Positions 1 through 19,988 of a stretch of 64,000 nt of DNA are shown in pieces. Under the pieces are notes generated by a model that was not told the origin of the DNA, did not search any database, and saw only the letters and a list, made by a program, of their open reading frames with translations. The position numbers were made by a program, and so were the translations under genes. Positions within the stretch are counted from its first letter, which is position 1. Every line of letters begins with the position of its first letter. Origin of the DNA: Azolla caroliniana (taxonomy: Eukaryota; Plantae; Polypodiophyta). Where the stretch lies: assembly GCA_043228905.1 (NCBI GenBank), contig JBHGNT010000013.1:20522001-20586000 (forward strand). The letters run 5' to 3'.

Positions 1-63
1 AAAAATATGGCTTGGTATTTCGGTTTCAACTTTTTTGCCTTTCTAACATTGATGATTGATCAG

Positions 64-5454
<5,391 letters not shown>

Positions 5455-7027
5455 AAGTGTGCCATGCTGGGTATCTAAGTTGGGGATCTTCATATGATTA
5501 CATATATATGTTTAAATATGGGTGCCAAAAAGAGTATACCTATTGCATGCCATCAGAAGGCCTTTTTCCTGCACAGTAGAGGTATTCACCACTATCATCA
5601 TGATCATTTGTACAGTAAGCATATGGCTTGAGCTGCCACATGATGCAAGTTTCGAGCTGAAGCTGATAATCTTTGTAGAGCTTCTCAAGAATTTTTTGTT
5701 GGTGGGAAGAGGCAGTTACGTGATTCCAATATTGAGAAATGGAAGCAAATAGGTCTAAGCAAGGATGTTGATACCTAAGCAGTTTGGTTAAAAATTAGTG
5801 ATGATTGTGCTCAAGTCACCTTCATTGCTGCAACCTCAATTGAAGCTTTGTCATTCTCATCAGGTCTTCAAGTCTTTTGGTAATATGGCATACTTCTTTC
5901 ATGCTGAGATTGAAGGGACTTATATTTTTATCGAGGTTTCTTTATTCAAAGCTTTTCACTCTCTTATGTGCATATTGTAGGCAGTTTTCCATTATAGGCA
6001 ATGATGCTCTTGGCAGGTTAAGATCTCAAATGAGAATTTGTAATATTAGACCCTTCACTATCTATACATGGATAGTGAGAACTTTTATGTGACTTTACAG
6101 GTAAACCATGATGAAAAGAATACAGAAACATTTGTTCTTTATCATGGCAGAGTGGTAAGCTTTCCTTTTGGCAGATTGTTTACATCGCAACAATTTCACT
6201 GAGTTTCTATTCTTTGTTTCGGTTTACAATACCGGATTACCCTTTGTCTGCACTTTACATGTCAGAATATATTCTGGCAGTTAATTGGATGTGTTTATTT
6301 GTGTGTCTTAATTTTTCAAACAGCAAGTTTGCTATTATGACTTGTATGTTGAAAAGGTCATATTATTTCCTCTAATTCTTAAGAGGCACACAACTGTGAT
6401 ATTAGCGCATATTCAACGTTGGTCACAAATTTCAAGAGTATATCAATATCTTCATCTGCCTCTATAAAAGATATTGTGAAGGTAGATTCTATTTAATGCA
6501 GTTGTGATGGTCATTTGCGCTTCATATTTGCTAAAGTTACTATTATTTGAACATGCAAATGCCAGTTTCTACTCTTCATCTTTAATATGAGTTATTTTCT
6601 GGTCATTGTTCTCAGCTTTGGGATAGTGTGGTCCATGAAACTAACGGCCTCATGGATTTGGTCTGGATATCTCCAATTTAATTAGTCTTTTTCTTTCTTT
6701 TTCAAGAATAACAGTTCTGTTCCTGTGTAGGGTAATGTTTTCTTACTTGTAAAATGGGCTCAAGTTGCAGTATTATAGTAAACATCTAACTTCTAAGATA
6801 GGATATGCTATGTGAAAAGTGTACAATATAGAAAAATATGACTTTTAAAGAATTCACTATGTTGAAGCATTTTTGGAAATTCTGTGAATGGTTATTGTGA
6901 TAATGCAGTCCATAGGTTTGAGGTATGAATGTGATACATTGAATCTAACTTGTGATGCTTAGAGTGGGCTGTAGGAAGTGATAGTGATTGTGCACCAAGG
7001 TTGTCCCATTAACATAAATAATTGGAA

Positions 7028-7270
7028 TAATAAATTTTTGGTATGAATTTTTGCAAACTTGCTGGATGAGACAGTGATGAAATAGAATGTGCTATCTTGT
7101 GGTCTGTAATAATTTTTTGGTATATATTTTTGCTAACTTGCTGGATGGGATAGTGATGAAATAGTAGTATGTGGTATCTTGTGGTCTGTAATAATGTTTT
7201 GGTATGTATTTTTGCTAACTTGCTGGATGGGATAGTGGTGAAATAGTATGTGCTGTCTTGTGGTCTGTAG
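7028..7270. repeat. Minisatellite, ~80-bp unit x3
   Basis: TTTTGGTAT..TTTTTGC(T/A)AACTTGCTGGATG(G/A)GA(T/C)AGTG(A/G)TGAAATAG..ATCTTGTGGTCTGTA recurs at about 7035, 7115 and 7197. Confidence 0.9.
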
Positions 7271-8559
7271 TCATCCCCATTGTATCTTGACGTCACATTC
7301 GTTTCATCTAGCTCATGCACTTTATTCTATATTAGTAAATCTAAATTTTACATGTTCAAAGGGTAGTATTCACAAAGAGGGTGGCAAAACAAATATTTTG
7401 CCGTTCAAATGGAATCACCAAACTCAAAATTTTGATGCCAAATGCAAATAGTTGTTGATGGAAGAGGACATTTTTTACATCCATGACACATGTAATACCA
7501 TGAAGACATGGAAATAGCACTTCAAAACCAATGATAATTATTTCCTCATTGTGGGATATACTATGCATTACAAACGTGATATGGCTTGAAACCACATAGT
7601 TCAAGTTTGGCGGGTGGTAAATATGTACACTCAAATGATTTCAGCTTACACATTTAACAAATATCACATAAATTTAATTGATAAGCCAAAATAGTAAATA
7701 GTGTACACTAATCATTTCAATCAATTCTAACTTGAAGTTCAATTTTGCATGAAAGTCTTAATTATGTGTTATTAATTATAGCAGAGTTTGTAAAGAGCAA
7801 GTTCTTATTATAAATCTAATTTGAATAATATATTAGTTAAACCAATAGTTCTCTATTTCAATGTGTGAGTTTAATTTTAATAGCTACTTTAACCATTCTA
7901 CGTAACATAAGTTGTTCATGTTCGTTGCTATATAACAATATCTTAATATTGTTGATTAAAGAGGTGAAGATATAATTTAAGAAAGAGAGATGATGTTGTT
8001 AGAGATTCAGTAGAGATATTGTGGTTTTATGTATTCCAGGTTCCTATCAATTTATCTAGGTGCTTTGATTAGGTATCTACCCTTCTACTTTTAGTAAAGA
8101 TGGGAAATTGTATTTGTAGCTCACAATGTATGTTGCTATAGTTCTTATCCATTCAAATTTGACTCACACAAGTTTGTTATTTTATTTTTAAATTAAGAAA
8201 AATGATTGGCATTAATAAAGCACAATTAAGTTTTTTATTTCAAATTAAGCACAACGTATGTCTTCTATGTATGGCAAGTTCTAAACAAATCTCATCTTGG
8301 TGTGATACCCTTGCCACGACACCTTGTTATGTTGAATGTTCATGACTTTGGAGACGTCTACAATATAGAAAGGTGGTAATTTCTTAAACTTGAGGCCATT
8401 GACACTTCATCACATGATTCACATCAATTGTGAATATAAATAATGATAATTTAGTGTTGTTTTGCTATCACCATTTTTCTTCTAAGTGTCAAATGCCATC
8501 TATGTTGTTGTAATCCTTTGAGGTCTCATGGGAAATTAAGTTATGATGAGATTCATCAA

Positions 8560-9238
8560 TACATGATGAGTGTCCAACCTATGCCGAGATAAGGGCAAAA
8601 TACCAAGACATACTTGGTCCGTCTCCCACCCTCCCCAAACTATTAGATACTCTAGATATAAAGAAATTAGGCAAATACATTCTAGAGCTAAAACAACACA
8701 GAGAGAATAAATTACAAAATGTTGACAATAATGTTGCTAATGATCACGAACATGTAACAAATGCAGTTTTTCAGGAACCTGAGGAGACAACGAATGCCGA
8801 CACACTTGCACCACTCGGCCTTTCCATTGATGAGGCAGAAAACCAGAGAAGAACTAGACGTCCTCGGGTGCCGGGTTTCAAAACAACTCAACGTGATGTG
8901 GAAGCAATATTGAAAATAAGGGAACGTGAGCTACACCGCCTAGAAGCCATGGCTAGGGCACTCTCTACATTGGAACCCACATCAAGACCCTTTGACCCCC
9001 CCACTTCTTTTCGAGAGGCTTGGGTGGAAATAAAATTAGGCTTAGTGTATAGTCACTTTCGAGTATACTACATATTGTACACTACTAGAACTCTTTTAGT
9101 TTAAGTTCTATTTTTTTTACTTAATTTTATTTTTAGTTATGATGACTGGATAAATACTGTATTGTTGTAAACCAATTGTTTCATGGGCCAAATTTGGCCT
9201 TAGAAGACGTTAATACATCTTTCTCTCTCTCTCTCTCT
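8560..9238 (+). mobile_element. 5'-truncated RTE/RTEX-like LINE: ORF C-terminus, 3' UTR and (CT)n tail
   Basis: Reads ECPTYAEIRAKY..KKLGKYILELKQHRE, which parallels [27 protein letters not shown] at about 42670-42810. It ends in GGCCAAATTTGGCC-TTAGAAGACGTTAATA-(CT)n like the other copies. ORF 8868-9104 belongs to it. Confidence 0.7.
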
Positions 9239-9958
9239 GCCAATTAAGGTAGGGTTGTCAATTCGCTACATATACGTATAATCCCTCACTGATATGTGTG
9301 CACAGTGTACTTATCATATGCAATAAAATACACACTCTATTAATTAGTCTACAATTATATGTATTGTGGGAAAAAGGCCTAGAACTCCTCTATCTAAAAA
9401 CATCCTCCTATATATTTAAATTGCCCACAGAATGGGAGATGGGTTATCCTGACACAACAGCATAGTGCTTTCATGGTAGTGGTGGTGGGTCATGGACATG
9501 GATATGGACATGGCAGTCTTACAAAGCGACGCAAAAGTATGAAGGAATGAAGAAATATGGAATTTGGGCATCTCTCCAATCCCCACATAAAATGGCGCTC
9601 AGCTGTTGACAGAGGAAGAGGCGAGGAGGGTATAAGGGACACAGCTGATGGTGAATGGTGAATGGTGATGGTGATGGTGTTGGTGGTGATGCGAGAGTAG
9701 CCGCCAGCTATAATGTACAGAGAGAGATGGCGATGGCGATGGAGATGGAGAGGAATGCAGCAACACAGAAGACGCACATTCTAAGGAACCATCATCGTTT
9801 GGTTTGTTGGCTCGCCATTGATTGATGATAAAGGATGTGGGAGCTGCTGCCTTTGCTTGACGTGGAAGGGGGAGCACAGTGTTCTGAAAACACAATCCCA
9901 ACCCCTGCCTCTTCTTCTTCTCCTTCTTCTAGTTACTGCTCTGTCCATCCTGTTGAAG

Positions 9959-9995
<37 letters not shown>

Positions 9996-9996
9996 C

Positions 9997-12653
9997 ATGT
10001 CTTCCGCCCCTGCCGCTTCCCCTTTAGGATCAACGGCTCCGGCTCCGGCTCCGGCTCCTTCAGCAGCAGCAGCAGCTCCGCCTTCACCTTCACCTTCACC
10101 TTCACCTTCACCTTCAGCCGCTCCTCCTCCTCCTCCTCCGCCTTCTTCCACAACACCGCCTTCACCTTCAGCTGCCCCAATTCCCTTTTCTCCCAATTCA
10201 CCTCCTCCTCCTCCTCCTCCTCCTCCTGTTGCTGCCAATTCTCCCCCTACCACCACTATTACCCAATCCCCCCCACCCCATTCTTCCCCCAAATTCATCA
10301 CTGCCTCTCCTCCGCCCCCGCCCCCGCCCCCACCTCCATCTTCACTGTCATCGCACCCCCCCTCGGTCTCTTCTATTAGGCTAATTTCTGTTGGCATTGC
10401 GGGCGTGCTCTTCGTCTCCATCATCACCATCACCATCATAGTCTGCTGCCTCTGCCAGAAGACGAGGAGGAGGAGGAGGATAATGAAGAAGAAGAAGACA
10501 GATCATCACCCCCGTCAAGAGATCTATGGTCTGCCGGGAGGCTTCCCTGTTCATGCTATCTACAAAGGTATTCCACCAAGCTATAATTACATCCATTAAT
10601 ATTAGTCTGCACATTCACTTTCACTTTTCTTTCTCAAATGGATACAATGTACTAGGTTAGTTTCTCAATTTGTGGCCATGGGCAGATTCTTATGACAGCC
10701 CCAATCTCAGGGCAGAATGCTCACCTTCTCCCTTCTATAGTACTGAAAGTATTCTTAATAAACATCCTCCTCCTCCTCCTCCTCCTCCTCCTCCACAACT
10801 GGTGGTTGCGCCTTTCAAGCAAGGATGTGATGCCATCCCAAATGCAACCCCTGGGTTAGTCAATTCCAAATACAGGTTCACATACGAAGAATTAGAGGTT
10901 GCAACAGATGGATTCTCAATGTCCAACAAGCTTGGGGAAGGTGGGTTTGGATGTGTATACAAAGGAAGGGTGTCTGGTGGCCAGCTAGTGGCTGTGAAGC
11001 AGCTGAAAGTTGGAGCATCACAGGGTGAGAAGGAATTCCAAGCTGAGGTGGAGATCATCAGCAGACTGCATCACAGGCATCTTGTCTCACTCGTTGGTTA
11101 TTGCATCTCAGAGCATCAGAGACTTCTTGTATATGACTATGTACCCAACGGAACCTTAGAGTACCATCTACATAGTATGTTCCCCCTCCTCTTCTCTTAT
11201 CATAGTTTCTCGTCACATTTTGGCTCAGCCAAAACTATTGTCCATTGCAGAGAGGAAAAATGGAGCAGCTTTAGATTGGTCAATGCGACTCAGGATTGCT
11301 TGTGGCGCAGCACGGGGATTGGCATACCTACATGAAGACTGTAAATTGCCATCATATATCTCTTCAAGTTTGTTAAATGTTTTCATTGAGCACTGAGTTG
11401 TTGAGTCACCTCTAGGTCATCCCCGGATAATACATCGGGACATCAAATCTTCAAACATCCTTTTGGACGATAAGTTTCAAGCGCAGGTAGATGGTTTGCT
11501 ATGATATATGTATTTGCTATATTATTTCAGAGACGGCCTGACATTTTGCTATGACATGTATATTTGCTAGATGTCAATTTACACTTCTAACTGAGTGACT
11601 AATGACAGGTTTCCGATTTTGGGTTGGCAAAGCTGACTGCTGATACAGACACTCATGTGACAACAAGAGTGATGGGGACATTTGGGTACTTAGGTGCTTT
11701 ATACATGAAAGCATTTGTAATACTACTTGCTAGCCAACACATTCTTGTAATGATGCTGATGAGTATTATAGGTACCTTGCCCCCGAATATGCTTCTAGTG
11801 GGAAGCTCACAGAGAAGTCGGATGTATTTTCCTTTGGTGTTGTGCTGCTTGAGCTGTTGACAGGACGGAAGCCTGTTGATGTATCTCAACCCTTGGGGCA
11901 AGAAAGTCTGGTGGAATGGGTACCTACTTACATATATGTAGTAGGTTGATGTATGATACCTTTGGAAATTTCGTTGTGTTTTCCAATAACACATTGGTAG
12001 TCCATATATTCAGGCACGACCTTTACTTGGTGAAATAAAGAGTGAAGTGTACTTGGACATAGTAGCTGATCCTGACCTGAATGGAGTTTATGATCCCAAA
12101 GAGATGCTACGAATGGTGAAAGCTGCAGCAGCATGTGTTCGCCATTCAGCAAGTAGGCGACCTCAAATGGGACTGGTTAGAGAACTTTGCATATTACATT
12201 TTAATTCATAGTTTTCAAAAGAGAGAAGGAAATTATAGAAGATGGTGCAATCGTGTATTATGTGATGGGGTACTGTAGGTGGTGAGAGCATTGGAAGCTG
12301 AAATCTCTTTGTTGGATCTCGAAAAAGGCGTAAGACCTGGGCATAGTAGCAGAGACCACGATCATGAACATGGCAGCAACTACAACATTGAAATGAGAAA
12401 ATTTAAGGAGTTAGCATTAGAGAGCCAAGAGTTTGAGAATAAGTATAGTGGCACTACAAGTGCTGAGTACAAGTTGAACCAAAGCAGCGCTATGATGTCC
12501 AGTGTTGAGTACCAGCAAACAATGGCAAGCCAAGAGACAAGATTGACCCCAGTTGCAATAGCATCATCATCATCAACTTCTTCACCAACTAGGCAGGTGA
12601 GAAGTTTGGCAGGGCCCAGTTCAAATGTGATGTATATTCTCAAATTTCAGTAG
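9997..12653 (+). CDS. PERK: Proline-rich extensin-like receptor kinase (PERK family)
   Basis: ATG 9997 (MSSAPAASP), Ser/Pro-rich ectodomain with no signal peptide, TM segment [25 protein letters not shown] followed by RRRRR. Exons 9997-10567, 10686-11174, 11251-11340, 11416-11486, 11609-11685, 11772-11919, 12014-12175, 12279-12653. Kinase motifs [57 protein letters not shown]. Confidence 0.95.
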
Positions 12654-12929
12654 AAATTTCTTTCTTTTAAAGAGTATGGGTGGAAATGTATTAATCAGAG
12701 TATGGAAATTAAGGTAGCACAATCGATCATTCCAGATACCAAAAGTCAAATTATTAAAGCCTATACGATGCCAGTTTCATATCTAGTAAGAATTACTGGT
12801 TAATTCCAGTCATTCTCCCATAACGTCATGAAGTTTGAACCAAAGCAAAACAAGACCAATTCTAAACTTCATCTTGCATAAAAAAAAGTTTTAGTTTTTT
12901 GTAGTATTTAGATTCAGGTAGGTAGCAGC

Positions 12930-14330
12930 CTGTTCCCTGGGCAACAAACATATCTGACCAAGTCTTCTCAATCTCGTTGCACATTCATTTTATATTTTGC
13001 TTTATCTCCTCAAGTTTTGCACCAAGACTGTTTCCTCTTCACGCCCTTCTCCAGTTCCTTTTTTGTGCCAGGGCCTCTGCAACTACTTCAAAAAACATCC
13101 TGTCTTAAATAGGGTGCAACCATGACCCTAGAATGATTTGTTCTATATTATAATGAGGGATTAGTGTATCACAGTCTGGTCTTATATTACATCAAAGTGT
13201 GAAGAAGAAAGACACGGTGCTCATAGTGATCCGACTCTGGGGAGCTCCGTTTTGTTTGTCTGTGGAGAGAGATAAAGAGATGTGTAGATACCAAGACAAT
13301 CTGCTTGTGAAACTCAGGCTGTAGACCTCACCTAAGAATTGATCAGCAATTGCCTCCAATGGGCAGCCTGTTCTTGCCACTTCCAACCCGAAGTGCGGAA
13401 CACATTTTCGATCTACTAAGTTCGTCTCCCAAATGAGACCACATGACTATGTCTCGAAGCATATCACATGCTCCCATATCATATTGTCACGTGACCTTTT
13501 CTTTTGTAGTTTATTCCATGATTGAATTCGTCCCCTGCAGTATTGGATTCCCCGTTTTCTTTATTGCTCATCCATCCATCTTAAAAGCCTGTCTCTATTA
13601 TTATCTGGATTCTGTAGGTGGATATTTTTATTGAAATGACTTTCCCATTTCATGGAATCCTTCTTTTCTGAGTTTGATTTCTTGGGCCATTCTATTTGGA
13701 AGCCAATATAAATCTATATGCATTTTTTCCATTTCCTTTCATGAGTGAAGTTGTTACCCAGGCAATCTCAAAATTAGCCTAACCAGGGTAGTAGTGGTGC
13801 AGGCAAGCTGCAAAACAGAAATACTCAGCTTATCAGGAGGTAAATGGATAAACTGATTGGTTATTCGATCTTACCAAAGAGAGATGCTATCAGGAAAGCG
13901 TCATGGTAGATAAATATTTAACCTACTGAGAGATGGGCTAGATCTACTGACCTTGCTTGAACGATGGAAAGAGCCAACTGGTTATCCTTCTACTAGAGTA
14001 TCATGTTTGCCAAGGGTTTTGAGAAGCTCTTGCCAAATAATCCACACCTTGAAATCAAGAACATAAATTCAATATCCCACAGAAGGTGTCCAAATAGCAA
14101 GATGCATGCCCACCTTGATACTGTTCATACTGAGTATGAACAGTTCATCTAAGTAAATTCCCTATTTTAAGTTTTCTGACCTTACTGGTGAAACAACCTA
14201 ACTTTCTGTCTGGGATTGACCCATGTTTGGATGTTGTTTTGGGTAGTTTTCAAAGAGTTACTGTAGCAGAAGGACATCACAATTTTTCTCTGAATGACTA
14301 CCTTGAGAGATATATATGCTGCTTACCTTA
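12930..14330 (-). mobile_element. Possible highly degenerate LINE (L1-like) RT remnant
   Basis: Only scattered minus-strand fragments that resemble RT motifs (LDFK, FKQG) in a plausible order; no continuous ORF. Confidence 0.25.
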
Positions 14331-15861
14331 AGCATCGAAAGTTCCCTGGTATTTTTGCCTTCTTGATGCTGATTTGTGTTCTTTCCTATTTTCTCCGAAT
14401 TGTTTTGGTCTTATAGTTATATGGATCATTTAGTACTAATTCCTCTCAGATGCAGCCAAAGTTTAATGTCTTCCCTGCAATTTTGGTTTTGGCAAATATG
14501 CAGCCAAAGTTTTAATGTCTTCTCTGCAATTTTGGTTTTAGCATTTGCCATACTTTTGGTAGGACCTTGGCATGCACAGTTAGGTCCATCCACAGTCTGG
14601 TTTCATATTTCATACCAACAGTCACTTGAACATGTACACTTCATTAATCTGATTTTTTTAGCACTGTCTCCCTAAAACGAGAATCTATAGTTTCCATAAG
14701 CTTAGTTTAAAAAATAGTCATCTAGAGAAGACATTTTTGGTGGGTAGAAAACTGTATAATCTTTCGTAGATTATTGTCTTCCTCGTTTCCTCATCTACAA
14801 AACAGGGGGCAATGGCATTGTGTTTTGTACTGCGTCTTGTTAGTGTCTTGTTGCTACGAGTTTATAATGCAATTGTACATTGTGATGGGGTGCAGGTGGG
14901 GACACCATTGGATAGTCATACATCATTGTCAGGGCTTAATAGAGACATGAGATCTGGTTGTGATCAAACTATTATAGATAGTCATTTAGAGATGAGAAAG
15001 TATACGAAGGAGCGTCCAAAGATGGGGAGTCAGTACACGAAGGAGTACGGAGTGAATGTCCCAACAAGCCCCAGCTCGAGGTTCAACCAACAAACAAAGG
15101 CAAACTGAGGGACATCATCTTCATCATCAGATGGGCACAGTGGCGAGGGGTAGCATTATCAACCTCAACCCCAACAACGACAATCCCGAGGCCTATGAGT
15201 GTGCGGAAGGTTGCATGCTCCTTGGGAAGCAACTGCTTGCAGTAAACGTACTCACCTCATAGTTTCCATCATATCTAAAATACAATGGTGTCTATTTGTT
15301 ACAGGTCACGTAACGTAACAAAATTATGGAAGGACATCCCTAGTTCTCCATGGTAACAATAATTGAAACTTATTCACCTCCTATGAAAGAGAATGTCGTT
15401 GTTGCTTGTTTCTTTGTTCTCCAATCACTATTAACTAGTATGACATTATACACAATGTATGAATTGGACAAATTCTTCATATTTAAACTAGTGATGCCTT
15501 CAATTGTACAATTTTGAACTTAGCAAGAAATAAGTAAAAAATAAATGTAGTTAACAATGGGAACACCTTAACATAATCATAACTTCAAGAGATCATATTG
15601 GACGTGGTTTACTTCGTCTCTAAAACACAATAATCCAATAAGGCAAAACAGATACAAATGCAACATGTATCCTAAGAAAGTTAAACACATACGAAAAACA
15701 CGTGCTAAGAATGTAAAACATGTACTAACAATTTAGTGTAGCATAAAATCCAAAATGGCAAAACACATAAATGCAACATCGTCCTTGACTATCTTGGTTT
15801 TGAAAGAATACATTTAACCAAGTTTAGTTATAGATTAAAGTACTTTTTATCACCTAAAATG

Positions 15862-16493
15862 TGCTAGATATAATCAATGATCACCCAAGTTGTCAATCTA
15901 TCCCCATGTGTACTCTTAGAGTGCACATTTTGTGATAGCGCCCCAAATGAGTAGCTATTGTGCAACTCGACCATATGGGTCGATAAGGTGTCAATCTAGG
16001 AATCCGTACATGCGTAGGACACAATGTATTTAGGAAAGAGTGAAGTAAGTAAATAAGATTGGCTAATCAAGTCAACTAGAAGAATATTTTGTGGTCAAGT
16101 TACAATGTACTTAGTCTTAAAGTATGTGTCATGAACTTTAAGATAAGTACTATCTAGAACTTGTATCTAGGGAGTTGGATCATAGTAAATGACAAGTCAA
16201 TTGACAGAAGAGGAATATCTTCACTACTATCAAATGACATGCACATTTAATGTTACACTCATACCAAATAGAGAATATAATCCACTCTCTTACACAATGG
16301 TGTGATCATCATTTGTCCCCACTAATTTTGTCGTGAGTTGGTCCAATTCCCATCTAAGCTCTAAGGTGTGAGCGCATGGGTGAACTACCATTGTGAGCTA
16401 CTCTCATATGTAATAGAAGTTTTGTTTTCATATGTCCATCTCTGTGGTTGTAACTCTATATATCTATCTAATCAATTCTCAATATTTCTAACA
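15862..16493 (+). repeat. Copia 5' LTR (632 bp)
   Basis: Runs TGCTAGATATAATC...TATTTCTAACA and is near-identical to 19989-20001 + 20809-21431. Confidence 0.95.
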
Positions 16494-19400
16494 TTGTATT
16501 AGAGCTGAGAGGTTTATCTAGATTAGGTATACACGGGTAGTTGTTGTCTAGCAGGAGAGAGAGAGAGAGAGAGAGAGAGTATCAATGGCCTAGTCCACAT
16601 ATGTTGCAATTGCTCCACTGCGCATTCACCCACCTCCATTGTCTGATGAAAAGCTAGATGGAACCAACTACACTCTATGGAAGTTCAAAATGTCTGCCAT
16701 TTTGTACTCCTATGAGTTGTTGGAGCCAATCATGGGACCCACAGTAGGAGAGCATGAACCCATGGTGACCTTTGACCTTGCACACCCTACCACATCAATC
16801 CCTCCAAATGTTGATCTACTTCGAACCTGGAAGAGAAGGAATGTTGATGCGCTATGTACCATAGTCGTTGGTGTATGTGACTCTGTACTAACATTAGTGC
16901 AACATACAACCAAGGCACATGAAGCTTTGAGCATATTGGCCAGAAACTATACAAGGATACAAAACCTAAAAAATCAGCTTGCTCCAGAGAAGCTCATTGA
17001 TGGAGAGAAAGTAGAATCCTTTGTAAAAAGGATTAAGGATCGTCAAGATCGGTTGGCTACTGTTGGAGTAGTCATCTCTCTAGAGGATATGACTCGTCAG
17101 TGCATTCGAGTACTTCCTTCCAAGTATGATGGCAGAAATAATAGATTCAAGAAGCTTGGCAAGGTTGTAGGCATAGGGGTAAGGCGCAACAATCTCTATG
17201 AGTTGAGCGCGTTTACAATTTCTACCAACCACAACACATTGAGTACTAACATAAAGCAATGGCATGAGAGATTTGGGCATCTCAATGTTGTTGTGTTGAA
17301 GGAGATGAAGAAGTCGAATATGGTAGTTGGGTTGGCAACCCTATCTAACTTAAGTCATGTTTGTGATGCTTGTATGATGGGCAAGCATAAAAAATCAGTC
17401 ATTCCAAAAGAGAATCAAAATCGGACAAAGACTCCTCTACAGCTAATACACATCAACCTCTTTGGAAAATGGTGACTCCTACAATGGGTGGATCTCTCTA
17501 CTATATGCTAGTAGTTGACGACTTTAGTAGAAAGATGTGGGTTTACTTGCTTCGGGAGAAGGCTGAAGCTTTTAAAATCTTCAAAAGATGGCATAAATTT
17601 GTCGAGTGGGAGTCTGGAAAGTTAGTGAAGGAGTTACCCTCTAATCAAGGTGGAGAATTCTTATCAATAGAATTTTGTGAGTATTGCAAAGAGCATGGAA
17701 TTAAGCACCAACTTACAACTGCCTACGCCCCACAACAAAATGGAGTTGTTGAACGACGAAACCGAACAATTGTCGAGATGGCTAGGTGTATGTTGAAGGC
17801 AGAAGCGCTGCCCAACCCATTCTGGGTTGAAGCAGTGAATACATCAGTTTACATCCTCAAGCAGAGCTACATGAAGACACTTCAAGGGAAAACATCCCAA
17901 GAAGCTTGTTCAGGCAAGAAACCTTTAGTGATGCACTTCAGAACCTTTGGGTATACGTGCTACGCACATGTTCCAGACGTGAGCAGAAAGAAGTTGGATG
18001 CTAAAAGCAAGACGTGTATCTTTCTCGAATATAGTGAAGAGTTAAAGGCCAATCGACTCTACGATATAGAGGCAAGAAAGATATTGACAAGCCACGATGT
18101 GGTGTTCGATGAGGAACGACCACAACTAGCTGAGAACAGTGAGTCTCAAGTTATTTCATTAACTGAAGAAGTATTCCACCCAATCCCGTCCCATTATCCA
18201 GAAAAGGAAGTTGAACCATCCGATGGAAATGGCTCACTGGTTCATCCAGTGCTAGTGCCACATGTAAAGAAAATATCTAAGTGGGGGCAACAACTCTTTG
18301 ATGATCATACTCCTAAAGTTGAGTTTCCTGAAACTTGAACTGATGGATTACGAAGATCAAGAAGAATACATGAGCAAGGGAGAAAATCTGACCACATTGT
18401 CAACATGGCTCTGATGGTGGATATCATAGGCTCACTAAGTCAACCGACCTCGGTGGAGGAAGCCATGTGGAAAGAGGCGATGATATGAGAATATGATAGC
18501 ATCATGGAAAGTAACATGTGGGAGTTGTAAGAGAGACCAGCAAAGAAGACGGTGATAGGCACCAAGTGAGTGTGGAAAGCAAAGTATAAAGCTCATGGTT
18601 CTTTAGAGAAATTCAAGGCTAGGATAGTAGCGCAAGGATACTCGCAAATTGAAGGGTTCGATGTACAAGAAACATTACTATTGTGATCTAGTTGTGGTCG
18701 TTCCTCATCGAACCCTTCAATGCAAATGGTCATAACGTTGGCTGCTTCAAGAGGATCATGGCCAATTTATCAAATGGATGTCAAATCAACATATGTGACA
18801 CAACCACTAGAGTTTGAGATGCCGAATTCAAAAAACAAAGACTGCAAGTTGAAGAATGCGTTGTATGGTCTAGACTCTAAAGCAAGCACCAAGAGCTTGG
18901 AACAAGAGGATAGACTATTTCTTACGATCAATCGACTTTAAGCAATGTGCTCGGATGCAAGTATGTATGTCAAAATGAAGGATGGGAAACAAGTCATCAT
19001 CATCATTTACATGAATGATCTAGTACTTACTGGTGACCATGAAGAGTGTATTGGCCAAATACAGGAGTGTTTGAAAACTGAGTTTGAAATGATAGACTTG
19101 GGGATTCTACACTAGTTCCTTGGAATTGATGTTTGGCAAACCTCGGTTGGCATCTTCATTGCACAAAGAAAGTATGCAACAGAGATCTTGAAGACCATTG
19201 GGATGATGGACAACAAGTCGACGTCGACTCCAATGGACTCAAACTGCAAGTTATCCCATTGAGAAGACCAGTCACCAATGGTTGACATAAAGAAGTACAG
19301 ACAGTTGGTAGGAAGTCTAATTTACCTATGCAACACTAGGCCAGATATTTGTTTTGCAGTCGGTGTGGTGAGTCGACTCAACAACAAGCCGAAGGAGACT

Positions 19401-19988
19401 CATCGGAAAGCTGCACTAAGTGTATTAAAGTACATTGTCGTACTTTAAATTACGGAATCTTCTACAAGCTAACAATTGACGAACTTAGTGGGTATTGCGA
19501 CTCTGATTGGGCTAGAGATAGTGATTCCAAAAAATCAGTTTCTGGATATTGTTTTTCAATGCGTTCTAGAGTTGTTTCATTGAGTAGTAAAAAACAACCA
19601 ACAGTGGTACTATCTTCAACGGAGGTAGAATACAAAGTGGCATGCATAGTGGCATGCGAGGTAGTTTGGCTAAGAAGAATCCTTATGGATGTAACGGTTC
19701 CAATAAGGATGACAACAGTATAATTGAGGTGTGACAATCAGAGTTGCATGACCATTGCCAAGAACCCCGGTATTTCATGAACACACTAAACACATAGCAA
19801 TTCAGTATCACTATGTGCAGGAGCTAATAAATGATGAGACTGTGGAGCCTGACTACTATCCAACATCAGAAAATGGTGCGAATATCTTCACAAAGGCACT
19901 TGGAGCAGAACAACTACAACACCACCTTCGATGACTAGAAGTTGGCCCAATTCCAAGTCAACTCAATGGGTTGACCATTAAGGGGGCA

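Noticed and set aside
9490-10614. Overlapping ORFs on both strands (poly-G, poly-H, ERERER) and the upstream start at 9835
   Set aside because: These are shadows of the Pro-rich PERK exon and UTR microsatellites; ATG 9997 after the (CT)n tract is the better start.
14880-15310. Possible small LTR or TE fragment (ORFs 14812-15108, 15056-15262)
   Set aside because: No matching termini, TSD or recognisable protein motif.
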